DNA of 64,000 bases from Actinomycetota bacterium (lineage in GTDB: Bacteria > Actinomycetota > CADDZG01 > WHSQ01): assembly GCA_050694175.1 (NCBI GenBank), contig JBOGXA010000002.1, forward strand, positions 82,796 through 146,795, written 5' to 3'. Both the position numbers and the translations under genes were made by a program. A model generated the notes under the pieces. That model worked only from the letters and a program-made list of their open reading frames with translations. It ran no database searches and was not told the origin of the DNA. Positions 28,215-37,423 of the stretch are shown here, one piece after another; position 1 is the first letter of the stretch; each line of letters opens with the position of its first letter.

Positions 28215-28985
28215 ATGAGGACTCCGCTAATCGCGGGCAATTGGAAGATGTACAAGACGCATCTCGAGGCGATGGTGCTCGTGCAGCAACTCGCTCATGA
28301 GCTGGCCGGGCACGACTTCGATCGCGTCGAGGTTGCCGTATGCCCTCCTTACACGAGCCTTCGAACGATCCAAACGCTCATCGATTCCGACCGCTACTCG
28401 TTTGCGCTCGGTGCGCAGAACATGCACCTCGAGAAGGAGGGCGCATACACGGGCGAGGTGTCGGCGCCGATGCTGAAGGCGCTCGATGTGGACTACGTCA
28501 TCCTGGGACACTCGGAACGGCGCGAGCTGTTCGGGGAGACCGACGCCGGGGTGAACGCAAAGATCAAGATCGCGTTCGCACACGGGATGACGCCGATCGT
28601 GTGTGTCGGCGAAACCGAATCGGAGCGCGAGGCGGGGGAAACCGAGATGAAGGTGACGCGCCAGGTCGAGGCGGCCGTCGAGGGCCTCAATCCGGACGTC
28701 GTGAGTCGCATGGTCGTCGCCTACGAGCCGATATGGGCCATCGGGACTGGTGTGACGGCGACGCCGCAAGACGCTCAGGAGACAATCGCTCTCGTGCGCA
28801 AGGTTATCGAGGGAGCCCAGGGGGGCGAGGTCGCGAGGGCCGTGAGGATCCTGTACGGCGGCAGCGTGAAGTCGGGAAACGCCGCGAACCTCCTCGCAGG
28901 AGACGACGTCGACGGCGCCCTCGTGGGCGGCGCGTCGCTGGAGGCGCCCGAGTTCGCTGCGATCGTCAAATCGGCATCGCCTTGA
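28215..28985 (+). CDS. tpiA: Triosephosphate isomerase
   Basis: MRTPLIAGNWKMYKT after GGAGAGGAAG. Also ILGHSERR, AYEPIWAIGTG and YGGSV. The start was moved from the track's 28137. Confidence 0.96.
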   Translation: MRTPLIAGNWKMYKTHLEAMVLVQQLAHELAGHDFDRVEVAVCPPYTSLRTIQTLIDSDRYSFALGAQNMHLEKEGAYTGEVSAPMLKALDVDYVILGHSERRELFGETDAGVNAKIKIAFAHGMTPIVCVGETESEREAGETEMKVTRQVEAAVEGLNPDVVSRMVVAYEPIWAIGTGVTATPQDAQETIALVRKVIEGAQGGEVARAVRILYGGSVKSGNAANLLAGDDVDGALVGGASLEAPEFAAIVKSASP

Positions 28986-29042
28986 TTCCAGCGAGATCGT
29001 CTACCCTAGTGGGCTGTATCTCCTCGGGCTTTTGGAAATGAG

Positions 29043-29279
29043 GTGCCTCGAGTGACAGCAGTTCTCTACATAATTCATGCGCTGGTCTCGGTCGTTCTGA
29101 TTGCGTTGATCCTGCTGCACGCGGGCCGGGGCGGCGGCGTATCGGAGATGTTCGGGGGCGGGATGCAGAGTCAGGCGATGGGATCCACGGTGATGGAAAA
29201 GAACCTCGACCGCATTACCGTCATAACCGCGATCGTCTTTGCCGGCTCCACGATCCTTCTCGCCTTCCACCTCAAGTAG
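29043..29279 (+). CDS. secG: Preprotein translocase subunit SecG
   Basis: Two TM helices flank LLHAGRGGGVSEMFGGG. The gene follows gap-pgk-tpiA in the conserved order. The exact start is uncertain (29043 or 29052). Confidence 0.88.
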   Translation: MPRVTAVLYIIHALVSVVLIALILLHAGRGGGVSEMFGGGMQSQAMGSTVMEKNLDRITVITAIVFAGSTILLAFHLK

Positions 29280-29300
29280 GGCGATCAGAGGTCTGAGGGT

Positions 29301-30959
29301 TTGCGCCGCCTCGTAGTCGCGTCCGTTGCCGCGGCGGTGATCGTTGCGGGCGTCGCGTGCGACGACGACTCGTCCTCCGAGGGCCCAGAGGCGAGCGCAT
29401 CGGCCTCGCCCGGCGCCTCTCCCACCGAACTCACGCCGCCGTCGAGCCCTTCTTCGTCGGGAACCCCACAGGCGTTTACCGACGAGGACGACGTCCTGAG
29501 AGTGGCGATCCCGGATCCGTCGACGCTCGATCCGATGCGCATCCAGGATCCGGGCTCGACGCTCATTGCTCGACAGCTTTTCGAGGGCCTCGTCAGGTGG
29601 GATGCTGCGGCGGGGCGCGTGGTTCCTGCGGCCGCAGGGTCGTGGAAGGTCACGAAGAGGGGACGGGTCTTCACATTCAAGCTGCGCGACGGTTTGACCT
29701 TCCACGACGGAACCCCGGTGACCGCCGCCGACTTCGCGTTTGCTCTGAACCGCATCGCCGATAAGAAGAACGCGTCGGACCTTGCCTACACGTTGGAGCG
29801 GGTGGACGGCTTCACCTCCTACAATCAGTTGGGCAAAGGAAAGAAGCTCAAAGGGCTAAGGATCAAGGACGAGTCGACGCTCGTAATCGAGCTGACCGAG
29901 CCCTTCTACGACTTCCCGGCGGTTCTCACGCATCCGGGCCTCGTTCCAATCCAGATGAAGTCGGTGCGAGACATCGACGAGTTCCTCAGCAACCCGGTGG
30001 GCAACGGCCCCTTCCAGATGGCACAGCCGTGGGTACCGGGCGAGGAAGTCGTGCTCGAAGCATACGAGGAGTTCCCCGACTCGCCGGACCTTGACGGGGT
30101 GCGCTTCATCCCGTTCGTCGACGCGGCCGAGTCGTGGGTCAGCTTCGAGAACGGTGATCTCGAAGTTGCCGAGGTCCCCGTCGGCCAGATCAAGGCGGCC
30201 GCAGAAGACTACGGAGAAAGCGGCTACCAACCGCTCCTAGCCGGCTATTACTTCGGCCTCAATCTCGAGGCAAAGGTGCTCCGCAACGTGCGCATTCGAC
30301 AAGCCATCAACTTCGCCATCGATCGAGACGCGATCGCACAGGGTGTCTACAAGGGAACGATGGTGTTGTCACGGGGCATAGTGCCGGCCGGAATGCCGGG
30401 CTTCGCATCGGATGCCTGCGACGAGCTCTGCAGGCATTCCCCTCAACGTGCGCGTGGGATTGTGTCGCGGCTGAAGAAGAAAGAACGGAGACTCGAGCTC
30501 CAGTACACAAAGGGGCAGCCGCACGGGCGGGTCGCCGCTTCGGTTGCCGCCGACCTGGAAGCGGCGGGTTTCAAGGTGCGCGTCGTGCCGCTCGGCTTCG
30601 CGAAGTACGTGCGCCGGCTGAATGCCGGAGATCACGAGGCCTTTCGCCTGGGATGGATCTCGGAGTATCCGATTCCCGACACCTTTCTGTCGTCATTGTT
30701 CGAGTCCGATGCCCCCGACAACCACTTTGGACTCGAGTCCAAGAAGATCGACGAGCTACTGCGCAAAGCACATGCCACGAAGGATGAGGCCACTCGCCTG
30801 CGTCTCTATCGCAGGGCGGAGAAGCTGATCCTCGAGAGGGTCCCCCTCGCCCCGATCGGGTCGTTCGTCACCCGGTGGGCGGCTCAGCAGGGTGTGGACG
30901 GGATCGTCTTCGACGTGATGGGCGGCTTCGACGCAGGGCCGATCAGCCTCTCGGAATAG
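29301..30959 (+). CDS. ABC transporter substrate-binding lipoprotein, family 5 (peptide/nickel type)
   Basis: Lipobox VAGVAC, a Ser/Pro linker, then an SBP_bac_5-like core (LRVAIPDPSTLDP...LFEGLVRWD...TFKLRDGLTFHDGTPVTAADF). TTG start at 29301. Confidence 0.8.
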   Translation: MRRLVVASVAAAVIVAGVACDDDSSSEGPEASASASPGASPTELTPPSSPSSSGTPQAFTDEDDVLRVAIPDPSTLDPMRIQDPGSTLIARQLFEGLVRWDAAAGRVVPAAAGSWKVTKRGRVFTFKLRDGLTFHDGTPVTAADFAFALNRIADKKNASDLAYTLERVDGFTSYNQLGKGKKLKGLRIKDESTLVIELTEPFYDFPAVLTHPGLVPIQMKSVRDIDEFLSNPVGNGPFQMAQPWVPGEEVVLEAYEEFPDSPDLDGVRFIPFVDAAESWVSFENGDLEVAEVPVGQIKAAAEDYGESGYQPLLAGYYFGLNLEAKVLRNVRIRQAINFAIDRDAIAQGVYKGTMVLSRGIVPAGMPGFASDACDELCRHSPQRARGIVSRLKKKERRLELQYTKGQPHGRVAASVAADLEAAGFKVRVVPLGFAKYVRRLNAGDHEAFRLGWISEYPIPDTFLSSLFESDAPDNHFGLESKKIDELLRKAHATKDEATRLRLYRRAEKLILERVPLAPIGSFVTRWAAQQGVDGIVFDVMGGFDAGPISLSE

Positions 30960-32302
30960 TGCGTCGCGCGGTCGGCATCCTCATGGCGGCCGTCGTTGCG
31001 CTGGTGAGCGCGTGCACCGACGACGAGTCTCGTCGGAGCCGCGGCAACTCGTCGGCTCCCGATCCCGTTTCCGGCGGGCACGCGGTGGTCGGTGTCCACG
31101 GCGAGCCGCCGACGTTCGATCCTTACGCGCCGAACGCCACCGACCTGACGCGGGCGCTCGTCCGCCCCCTCTACCCGTCACTCTTTCGCGTGACTCCAAA
31201 CGGTGACATCGCGGCCGACCTGGCAGATCAACTGCAAGGTTCCGGAAATCGCGTGCGCGTTCGCCTCGCGCCTGCTCGGTGGAGCAATGGTCGTCCCATA
31301 ACCGCCCGAGACGTCGTCGCCAGCGTTCTCGATGCAACGCCTCCTTCAGGGTTCGCGCAGGTGACGTCGGCGCGCGTCTTGTCGCGGCAAAGCGTAGAGC
31401 TGCGGGGACCGGTGCGGGATTGGAAAGCGACGCTCGCGCGCGCCGCGTTCGTGCTCCCGGGCGGAAGGGCCAGCGCTCCCGGGGGGATCTTCGGAGGGCC
31501 CTATGTGCTTCGTAAGCTCGTGCCCGGCCTCAAGGCCGTCTACGTGACCAATCCGAGATGGAATGGCGAAGCCCCTTACCTGCAGCGCTTCACCGTCACC
31601 TATGTGACGAGCCTGCTGATGATGATTCGGCTCCTGGAGGACGGCCGTCTCGATGCGGCCGCGCTCCCGTCTTCTGTGAACCTCGACGAACGGCTCGAGG
31701 AGATCGGACTTCGCTTCGCGGCCGCGCTCGGATACGAGTCGGTTGTGCTCGATTTCTCGTCGTCCGGCCTGGCGCGCGCCGAACGGGTGGCGATCGCCGC
31801 GCGGGTACCGCTGAAACTGATGCAGGAGGGACTCATCCGCGACGACGGCCGCATTTCCCGTACCCTTTTCCCCACGCCCGAATCGGCCGGCGGTGGCTTC
31901 GGAGGCGACCTCGGTGCCGGCACGCGGCCCGGCGACGCTCCTCTGTTGCTTGCCCCTGCCGGCGATGAGCTCCTACAGCTGATCCAGCGAGTGATAGACG
32001 CGAGACTCGACGGCCGAGGCGTGGACGTGGATCTCGTGCGCATTGTGCCGTCGGAACTCTATGGAGGAGCGGCGCCGGTTGCGGGTATACAGGTCGTGCG
32101 CGCGGGAGGCGGGCCCGGGGCGAAGGATCCGCGCGGCGCGCTGCGCACTCTCGACCGCTACCCGCTCTTCCAGGTAGAGACGGTGACGGCATGGCGGCCG
32201 GGCCTCCGCGGAGTTGTGGTCAATCCAACCACCGAGGGGCCGCTGCACAACGTTCATCGGTGGTGGTGGGCGGAGGGGAGAAGACCGGGCCCGGGCCTAT
32301 AA
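30959..32302 (+). CDS. Divergent family-5-like substrate-binding lipoprotein
   Basis: Lipobox ALVSAC, then GEPPTFDPY...LYPSLFRVTPNGDIAADLA...RLAPARWSNGRPITARDVV. GTG 30959 shares one base with the previous stop. ATG 30983 is an alternative start. Confidence 0.65.
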   Translation: MRRAVGILMAAVVALVSACTDDESRRSRGNSSAPDPVSGGHAVVGVHGEPPTFDPYAPNATDLTRALVRPLYPSLFRVTPNGDIAADLADQLQGSGNRVRVRLAPARWSNGRPITARDVVASVLDATPPSGFAQVTSARVLSRQSVELRGPVRDWKATLARAAFVLPGGRASAPGGIFGGPYVLRKLVPGLKAVYVTNPRWNGEAPYLQRFTVTYVTSLLMMIRLLEDGRLDAAALPSSVNLDERLEEIGLRFAAALGYESVVLDFSSSGLARAERVAIAARVPLKLMQEGLIRDDGRISRTLFPTPESAGGGFGGDLGAGTRPGDAPLLLAPAGDELLQLIQRVIDARLDGRGVDVDLVRIVPSELYGGAAPVAGIQVVRAGGGPGAKDPRGALRTLDRYPLFQVETVTAWRPGLRGVVVNPTTEGPLHNVHRWWWAEGRRPGPGL

Positions 32303-32342
32303 TCGCCACAGCCCCCGCGCCGGCGCGCCGGGGCTTTGCTTC

Positions 32343-32428
32343 GTCGGAGTGGCGGAATTGGTAGACGCGCTAGGTTGAGGGCCTAGTGCCCCTAACGGGG
32401 CGTAGGAGTTCAAGTCTCCTCTCCGACA
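32343..32428 (+). tRNA. tRNA-Leu (anticodon GAG)
   Basis: Hand-folded cloverleaf. Acceptor GTCGGAG/CTCCGAC with discriminator A. D-arm GCGGAATTGGTAGACGC. Anticodon stem CTAGG/CCTAG with loop TT-GAG-GG. Long variable arm GCCCC-TAAC-GGGGC. T-arm AGGAG-TTCAAGT-CTCCT. No CCA is encoded. Confidence 0.9.
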
Positions 32429-32563
32429 CGACCCTTCGTGCCAAAGAATTCCACCAGCTGCACCTCGGTCGCGGCCCGCGAATCCCCGGGCGGAAGAAGA
32501 GCCGAAGCTTCTAGACAAGCGGGCTGACGCCCCTCAGCATGTGTCCGGTACCTGCCGGCCGAT

Positions 32564-33181
32564 GTGGAGGAGGACAGTTCGTTGCTTGATTACGTGAAGA
32601 AACATCTATCGGTGATTCTGGTGGCCATGGTCACTGCGTCACTGACGGCGGCCGCTCCCGTCATTGCCCATGGTGTCCGCCACGCCCGGTTTGCCCACAA
32701 CGCGGACAAGCTGGACGGATTGGACTCGAGGGACTTTGCCGGCCGCACCACGAAGATGAAGCCGGGCAAGGTCCTTACGGGCACGTACAGCACGGCGACC
32801 TCCGCAAGCGGAGGGTTCATGGGGGCCAACATCGAGTTCCGACCGCGTCTGCCGGCCGACATCCCGCCAGGGAACGTCCACTACATGGCAGCCGGGACGA
32901 CGAGCCCCGAGTGCGCGGGCGCAGGCAGGGCCGCCCGCGGCCACCTGTGCGTTTACGAGCAGTGGATCAACGGTGCGAGCTACACCGCGCACGTCGATCC
33001 GAACTCCAGCGATGCATCGGGTGCCGTAAAGCCCAACGGGGTCGGCCTCGTGTGGACCTCGTCGAGCACCGCCGCCAACACGCGGGGCGTCTGGGCCGTC
33101 AAGGGTGACTCGCCCGCACCGGGCCCGCCGCGGGGGCCGGGTGAAGGAGCGAAGGGACCGCTCGGTAGGGTCGCTCGCTAG
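32564..33181 (+). CDS. Hypothetical secreted protein
   Basis: The signal-like N-terminus (V)KKHLSVILVAMVTASLTAAAPVIAHG makes GTG 32594 the likelier start. It contains an HNADKLDGLDSRDF motif and a Gly/Pro-rich tail. No family assigned. Confidence 0.55.
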   Translation: MEEDSSLLDYVKKHLSVILVAMVTASLTAAAPVIAHGVRHARFAHNADKLDGLDSRDFAGRTTKMKPGKVLTGTYSTATSASGGFMGANIEFRPRLPADIPPGNVHYMAAGTTSPECAGAGRAARGHLCVYEQWINGASYTAHVDPNSSDASGAVKPNGVGLVWTSSSTAANTRGVWAVKGDSPAPGPPRGPGEGAKGPLGRVAR

Positions 33182-33203
33182 CACGTTCGGACCAGCGAAC
33201 AAC

Positions 33204-33244
33204 GCACCCCGGGTCCCCGGGATCGAGACGGGAGCCCGGGGTGC
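33204..33244. terminator. 10-bp-stem hairpin between convergent units
   Basis: GCACCCCGGG (33204-33213) pairs with CCCGGGGTGC (33235-33244) across a 21-nt loop. No U-tract. Confidence 0.3.
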
Positions 33245-33571
33245 TCTGCTGCGAGTTGAAGTCGCGGCCGGCGTCGGGCGCGTCGTTCGGAGACAGTCGA
33301 GCTGGTCGAGCTAGTCGATCCAGGCGATCTCATCGTCGGCCGGCTCGGCCGGCCCCTGAACCTCGTCCTTCTGGACCGTGCGGAGGATCATCAAGAGATC
33401 GCGCCGCTCGAGATCGATAATCGCCATCTGCCCGGAGCCGGGCGCCGGCTCGTCCACTGCTCTTGTCCCTCCTCGAACCGGCCGCCCCGCCTCCGGCTTG
33501 CTGGTAATTCTTGGGCCAAGCGCGCCGGGAAACAAGGCCCCAGGAGGACTATTCGCGCACTGCCGCCCGGA

Positions 33572-34228
33572 CTAGCCCTGTCGGCTGACCGACTGCGCGT
33601 CGGCGATCAGGGCGCTCAGATCGGTCGGGATCGGGTTGCTCTTCAGCAGCCTGGCCATGTAAGCAAGGTTGGTGGCGAGAAAACGCGCCGTCTTGTTCGT
33701 GTAGAGGTGGCGGTCGCCGCCGGCCTCGATGTAGCTGGGCCCCGGCCCCGCGTCGCCGACCCAATAGCAGTCGGAGTTGGGTGGCACGGTGCACCCGAGA
33801 TGGGTGAGGTTGAACAAGGTCGTCGCGGCCGCATCGTGTGCGCCGTCCTCGTTCCCGGTCACAATCACCCCGGCGACCTTGTTGTAGAGCGGGAACTGCC
33901 CGGTATCCGGGTCACCCTCGAGATAGGTGCCGTCGAGCCGCTCGATCACCAGTTGGGCCACCGACGAGCGGACGCCGAACCAGATGGGAGTCGCGATCAC
34001 GATGATGTCGGAGGCCTTGATGCGTTCGAGGATCTCGGGCCACTCGTCTCCTTGGCCTTCGTCCGACAGGACACCAAACCTCACGTCGTGATCGACGACC
34101 CGGATTGTGTCGGAGCGAACGCCGAGGTCGCCGAAGAGCGCAACGACCACCTCGATGAGGGCCTGCGTGTTGGACTGCTCCGGTGATTTCTTCAGCGTGC
34201 GATTCAGGAACAGCGCGTTGAGATCCAT
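33572..34228 (-). CDS. NADPH-dependent FMN reductase / flavodoxin-like fold protein
   Basis: SDIIVIATPIWFGVRSSVAQLVIERLD...KVAGVIVTGNEDGAH is typical of the FMN_red family. Confidence 0.75.
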   Translation of the reverse strand: MDLNALFLNRTLKKSPEQSNTQALIEVVVALFGDLGVRSDTIRVVDHDVRFGVLSDEGQGDEWPEILERIKASDIIVIATPIWFGVRSSVAQLVIERLDGTYLEGDPDTGQFPLYNKVAGVIVTGNEDGAHDAAATTLFNLTHLGCTVPPNSDCYWVGDAGPGPSYIEAGGDRHLYTNKTARFLATNLAYMARLLKSNPIPTDLSALIADAQSVSRQG

Positions 34229-34296
34229 GGAGCTCCTCCCGGGCGAGTGCGTTGCGCCGACCTTATCGAGCGACGCAGCCGGCCACCAATGGTTGA

Positions 34297-34611
34297 TCAG
34301 CCGGGATCGTCGACACGCACACGAAAGCGAGGCGCGGGCGGAAAGTGGCCGTCCACGACCTCGAGCTCGAACGGGCTGTTCGGATCAAGTTCCCCCCGTA
34401 TCAGCTCGCGCGCCGAGTGGGGGTTACGGAGGTGATCCGTCGTCGAGTAGACCTGGTTGTCCGTCTCGCGAGCGTGGATGGGGCGACCTTCGAGACTTTT
34501 GGCCGCAGCCTGGACCGCGGCGACCAGATCGTCGGGACCTTCCAGCCTGCCTTCGTCCCAAGCGATCGACACGCGAAACGTGTTGTGCTCACCCGTCACT
34601 TTGAATCTCAT
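34297..34611 (-). CDS. Hypothetical protein (104 aa)
   Basis: ATG-initiated ORF in the same orientation as its neighbours, with a non-repetitive composition. No family recognised. Confidence 0.45.
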   Translation of the reverse strand: MRFKVTGEHNTFRVSIAWDEGRLEGPDDLVAAVQAAAKSLEGRPIHARETDNQVYSTTDHLRNPHSARELIRGELDPNSPFELEVVDGHFPPAPRFRVRVDDPG

Positions 34612-34637
34612 AGATCGTTCCTACCCAGATCCGACCT

Positions 34638-35456
34638 TCACGCAGCTACCGAGCGGGCACGCTCGAGGGCTCGCCGGACCCGAACAGGGGGCGGGATTGC
34701 GGTGTTCAGGATACGGAGCACCGCGTACACCGACGGACGGATGGCAAGCGACGCTACCTGAGGCCACGGCAACCCGTAGAGGGCCCGGGCCCTGCCCGGG
34801 AGGATGGCGACGGCGGCGGCGGCCGGGATCGCCCACAGCGGCCGCACTACTAGCGGCATCGGGGGAGCGATCACGTACCGCATGCCCTCCCGGGCCGCGG
34901 GCGTCATCACCATCTCCTGGGATCGCAGATAGTCGCGGAGGTCGCCGAGGTTCTGAGGGACGTCGTCTGCATGGAGGCCGACGAGTTCGGCGGCTCGCAC
35001 CATCTCGCGGACGTAGCGGTCGGCGTCGACCTCGCTCACAGGACCTCCGTACTGCCGGTACGCCTTCAGAAAGGAGTGGACCTCGACGGCGTGAACCCAC
35101 AACAACAGCACCGGATCGTCGGCTCGGTAGGGGAGACCCGTGACGGGGTCGATGCCGCGTACCCTGCGGTGAACGGCGCGCACCCGCGCCCCCCACTCGA
35201 GCGCGGTTGCGGAGTCTCCAAAAGTCGTCGCGACGAGGTAGTCGCTCGTCCGGCGCAGCCTGCCCCACGGATCGCTGCGGAAGTCACTGTGCTGATCGAC
35301 GGCGGCCATGGCCTGGGGCCTTAGGGCCTGGATGAGGAGCGCGCGCAATCCTCCGATCAGCGAGGCTGGGTCGCCGTGGATGCGCCAGGTGACGCTGGTG
35401 GGCCCAAACAGTCCGAAGTCTTCGGGAGGCACGCCACCATTATTCGGGATTACCAT
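34638..35456 (-). CDS. DUF2236 / MpaB-family oxygenase-like protein
   Basis: FGPTSVTWRIHGDPASLIGGLRALLIQALRPQAMAAVDQHSDFRSDPWGRLRRT... matches my recollection of the DUF2236 N-terminal core. Confidence 0.7.
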   Translation of the reverse strand: MVIPNNGGVPPEDFGLFGPTSVTWRIHGDPASLIGGLRALLIQALRPQAMAAVDQHSDFRSDPWGRLRRTSDYLVATTFGDSATALEWGARVRAVHRRVRGIDPVTGLPYRADDPVLLLWVHAVEVHSFLKAYRQYGGPVSEVDADRYVREMVRAAELVGLHADDVPQNLGDLRDYLRSQEMVMTPAAREGMRYVIAPPMPLVVRPLWAIPAAAAVAILPGRARALYGLPWPQVASLAIRPSVYAVLRILNTAIPPPVRVRRALERARSVAA

Positions 35457-35466
35457 CCGTTACGAG

Positions 35467-35877
35467 ATGACCGAGCTCCACATCACCGGACCCCCGGAGA
35501 CGACCATCGAGGAGCCGGAGGGAAGCCTCGAGGCACTCGACGCGGCCGGCTCCGACGACGAGGTGTCGGCGGTTGCCGCCCGTTACCCCACCTGCCTGGC
35601 CGCGTGGGCGACGCTCGGCGACCGGGCGCTCTCCGCCGGGCGGGCCGTCGACGCGTACGCCTACTTCAGGGTCGGCTACCACCGCGGCCTCGACCGTCTT
35701 CGTGGCTCCGGCTGGCGCGGCACGGGCCGAGTGCCGTGGTCGCACACCGGCAATCAAGGGTTTCTGAGAGCCCTCGTCGGCTTAGGCAGTGCTGCCGGCG
35801 CGATCGGCGAGCAGAACGAGGCGGAGCGATGCCGGGACTTCGCCGCGCAACTTGCGCCCGAAATGCCGGCTCCCTAG
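35467..35877 (+). CDS. DUF3151-family protein
   Basis: AYAYFRVGYHRGLDRLRGSGWRGTGRVPWSHTGNQGFLRAL...GEQNEAERCRDF. The start was moved to ATG 35467 from the track's 35308. Confidence 0.72.
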   Translation: MTELHITGPPETTIEEPEGSLEALDAAGSDDEVSAVAARYPTCLAAWATLGDRALSAGRAVDAYAYFRVGYHRGLDRLRGSGWRGTGRVPWSHTGNQGFLRALVGLGSAAGAIGEQNEAERCRDFAAQLAPEMPAP

Positions 35878-35933
35878 CCTGATGGCCCCGGCCCGCGCCG
35901 AGGTTCGCGGGCGAATAGCCCCGGCGTCGGCTG

Positions 35934-36764
35934 CTATTCCTTGTACTCGGGCATCACCTTCGCTACGAACTCGTCGAAACGCGCGCGTCCCTCCGATGGC
36001 CACGACACCGTCAGATACGACCAGCCCGCGTCCGCCACCCCTTCGATGCGGGCCCTGACCTCGTCCCACGGCTCCGACAACGACAGACCGGTTGCTCTAA
36101 CGATGTCCGACGGATTCCGGCCCGCCTTCTCGGCATGTTCGGACACGATGCGCCACTTGGGCTCGAGGTCGGGGACCGAGCCCCATGCGTGCCACGCGTC
36201 GGCGCGCCGCCCCACAATCGGCAACATCAGTTGCTCCCCGAGCGCCCCGATCCAGATGGGCGGGTGCGGCTGCTGCACCGGCTTGGGGTTGTAGGAGGCG
36301 TTATCCAGCCGGTAGTGCCTGCCCTCGAACGATGCGCGGTCCTCGGTCATCAACAGCCTCATTACCTGTACGCCCTCTTCGAGTCGTTCGGCGCGGGCTC
36401 GCGTCGACGGGAACTCGATGCCCAGCTCGTTGTGCTCACCCTCGAACCACGCCGCGCCGACCGCAGCTTCGACGCGTCCGTTGGAGATGTGATCGATGGT
36501 GACGATCTCCGTTGCCAGGATCGACGGGTGCCGGTAGGTCATGCCGGTGACGAGGGGGCCCAATCGGATGCGCTCGGTCGCGGCCGCGAGCCCCGCGAGC
36601 AACGTCCACCCCTCGAAGCAGGGCCCTGTTGGCTCCGCGTACAGGGGCTTGAAGTGGTCGAAAACCCAGGCTCCGTCGAAGCCAGCGTCCTCGGCCAGTC
36701 TTACGCGCGCAAGGATCTCGTCCCATTTCATATGGTGCTGCGATGCGTCCAATCCGAACTTCAC
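35934..36764 (-). CDS. Luciferase-like monooxygenase (LLM class, probably F420-dependent) oxidoreductase
   Basis: VKFGLDASQHH...AEDAGFDGAWVFDHF...IRLGPLVTGMTYRHPSILA...GRVEAAVGAGW-like (AAVGAAWFEGE). GTG 36764 follows GAGGAGG and overlaps the upstream stop (GTGA). Confidence 0.8.
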   Translation of the reverse strand: MKFGLDASQHHMKWDEILARVRLAEDAGFDGAWVFDHFKPLYAEPTGPCFEGWTLLAGLAAATERIRLGPLVTGMTYRHPSILATEIVTIDHISNGRVEAAVGAAWFEGEHNELGIEFPSTRARAERLEEGVQVMRLLMTEDRASFEGRHYRLDNASYNPKPVQQPHPPIWIGALGEQLMLPIVGRRADAWHAWGSVPDLEPKWRIVSEHAEKAGRNPSDIVRATGLSLSEPWDEVRARIEGVADAGWSYLTVSWPSEGRARFDEFVAKVMPEYKE

Positions 36765-37423
36765 GATGCCTCCTCGCGGATCATGTTGTGCTGCAGGAAC
36801 GTGCCCACAATCTCCGTTAATGCCTCGTACTTTGCCCAAAAGAAATGGTTGGCAGCCTTGATCTCTTCATAGCGCACGCGGAGTGCGCCCTCCGCCCACG
36901 CGCGGCAGTCGTGGGGAGAGACAACTTCGTCGTTGGAGCCACACACGACGAGGGTCGGAGCGGTTAGACCCATCTCGCGGGCGGGGGGAAGGCCGGCTGT
37001 TACCCCGGGTCGCTCTCTGGTCGCGGGCGCAACCAGGGCGCACGCGGCCAGCGCGCGGTCGCGTGCCGCGGCTCGGGCCGCCACCGCCCCTCCAAAGGAC
37101 CATCCCGCGAGCCCGCTCGGAAGGTCCGGCCATGTCGCTCGCATAAACGCAAGCGCCCCGGCGGCGTCCGCGACCTCGGCAACCCCGTCCGTCCCGGCTC
37201 CCCCGGATTCACCTACTCCGCGGAAGTTGAATCGCAATACCCCCAACCCTCGCGTCACACAGTCTTCCGCAATTGCCAGCAGCAGGGGTGACTTCATCGT
37301 TCCCTGCATGGCGGGATGGGCGTGACAGATAACCACGACTCCGACCGCCGTCTCGGGGTGGTCGAGCTCGCCCTCCAATTGCAGTCCGTCGGTGGACGGG
37401 AACGAAACGCCATCTCTCTTCAT
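36761..37423 (-). CDS. Alpha/beta hydrolase
   Basis: Nucleophile elbow GWSFGG, an HG-type motif (VVVICHAHP), and 220 aa. Its start overlaps the HIT gene stop (ATGA). Confidence 0.8.
   Translation of the reverse strand: MKRDGVSFPSTDGLQLEGELDHPETAVGVVVICHAHPAMQGTMKSPLLLAIAEDCVTRGLGVLRFNFRGVGESGGAGTDGVAEVADAAGALAFMRATWPDLPSGLAGWSFGGAVAARAAARDRALAACALVAPATRERPGVTAGLPPAREMGLTAPTLVVCGSNDEVVSPHDCRAWAEGALRVRYEEIKAANHFFWAKYEALTEIVGTFLQHNMIREEAS

Noticed and set aside
33311-33535. 74-aa reverse-strand ORF, possibly a 38-aa peptide MAIIDLERRDLLMILRTVQKDEVQGPAEPADDEIAWID starting at ATG 33427.
   Set aside because: It has no convincing RBS and no recognisable family, and its N-terminal half is Gly/Pro/Arg-rich. 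The evidence is too weak to call a gene.
32429-35900. A genomic island integrated at tRNA-Leu.
   Set aside because: There is no integrase or recombinase. I could not spot a repeat of the tRNA 3' end, and most genes there are ordinary actinobacterial DUF or redox genes. It is kept only as a low-interest finding for the first gene.
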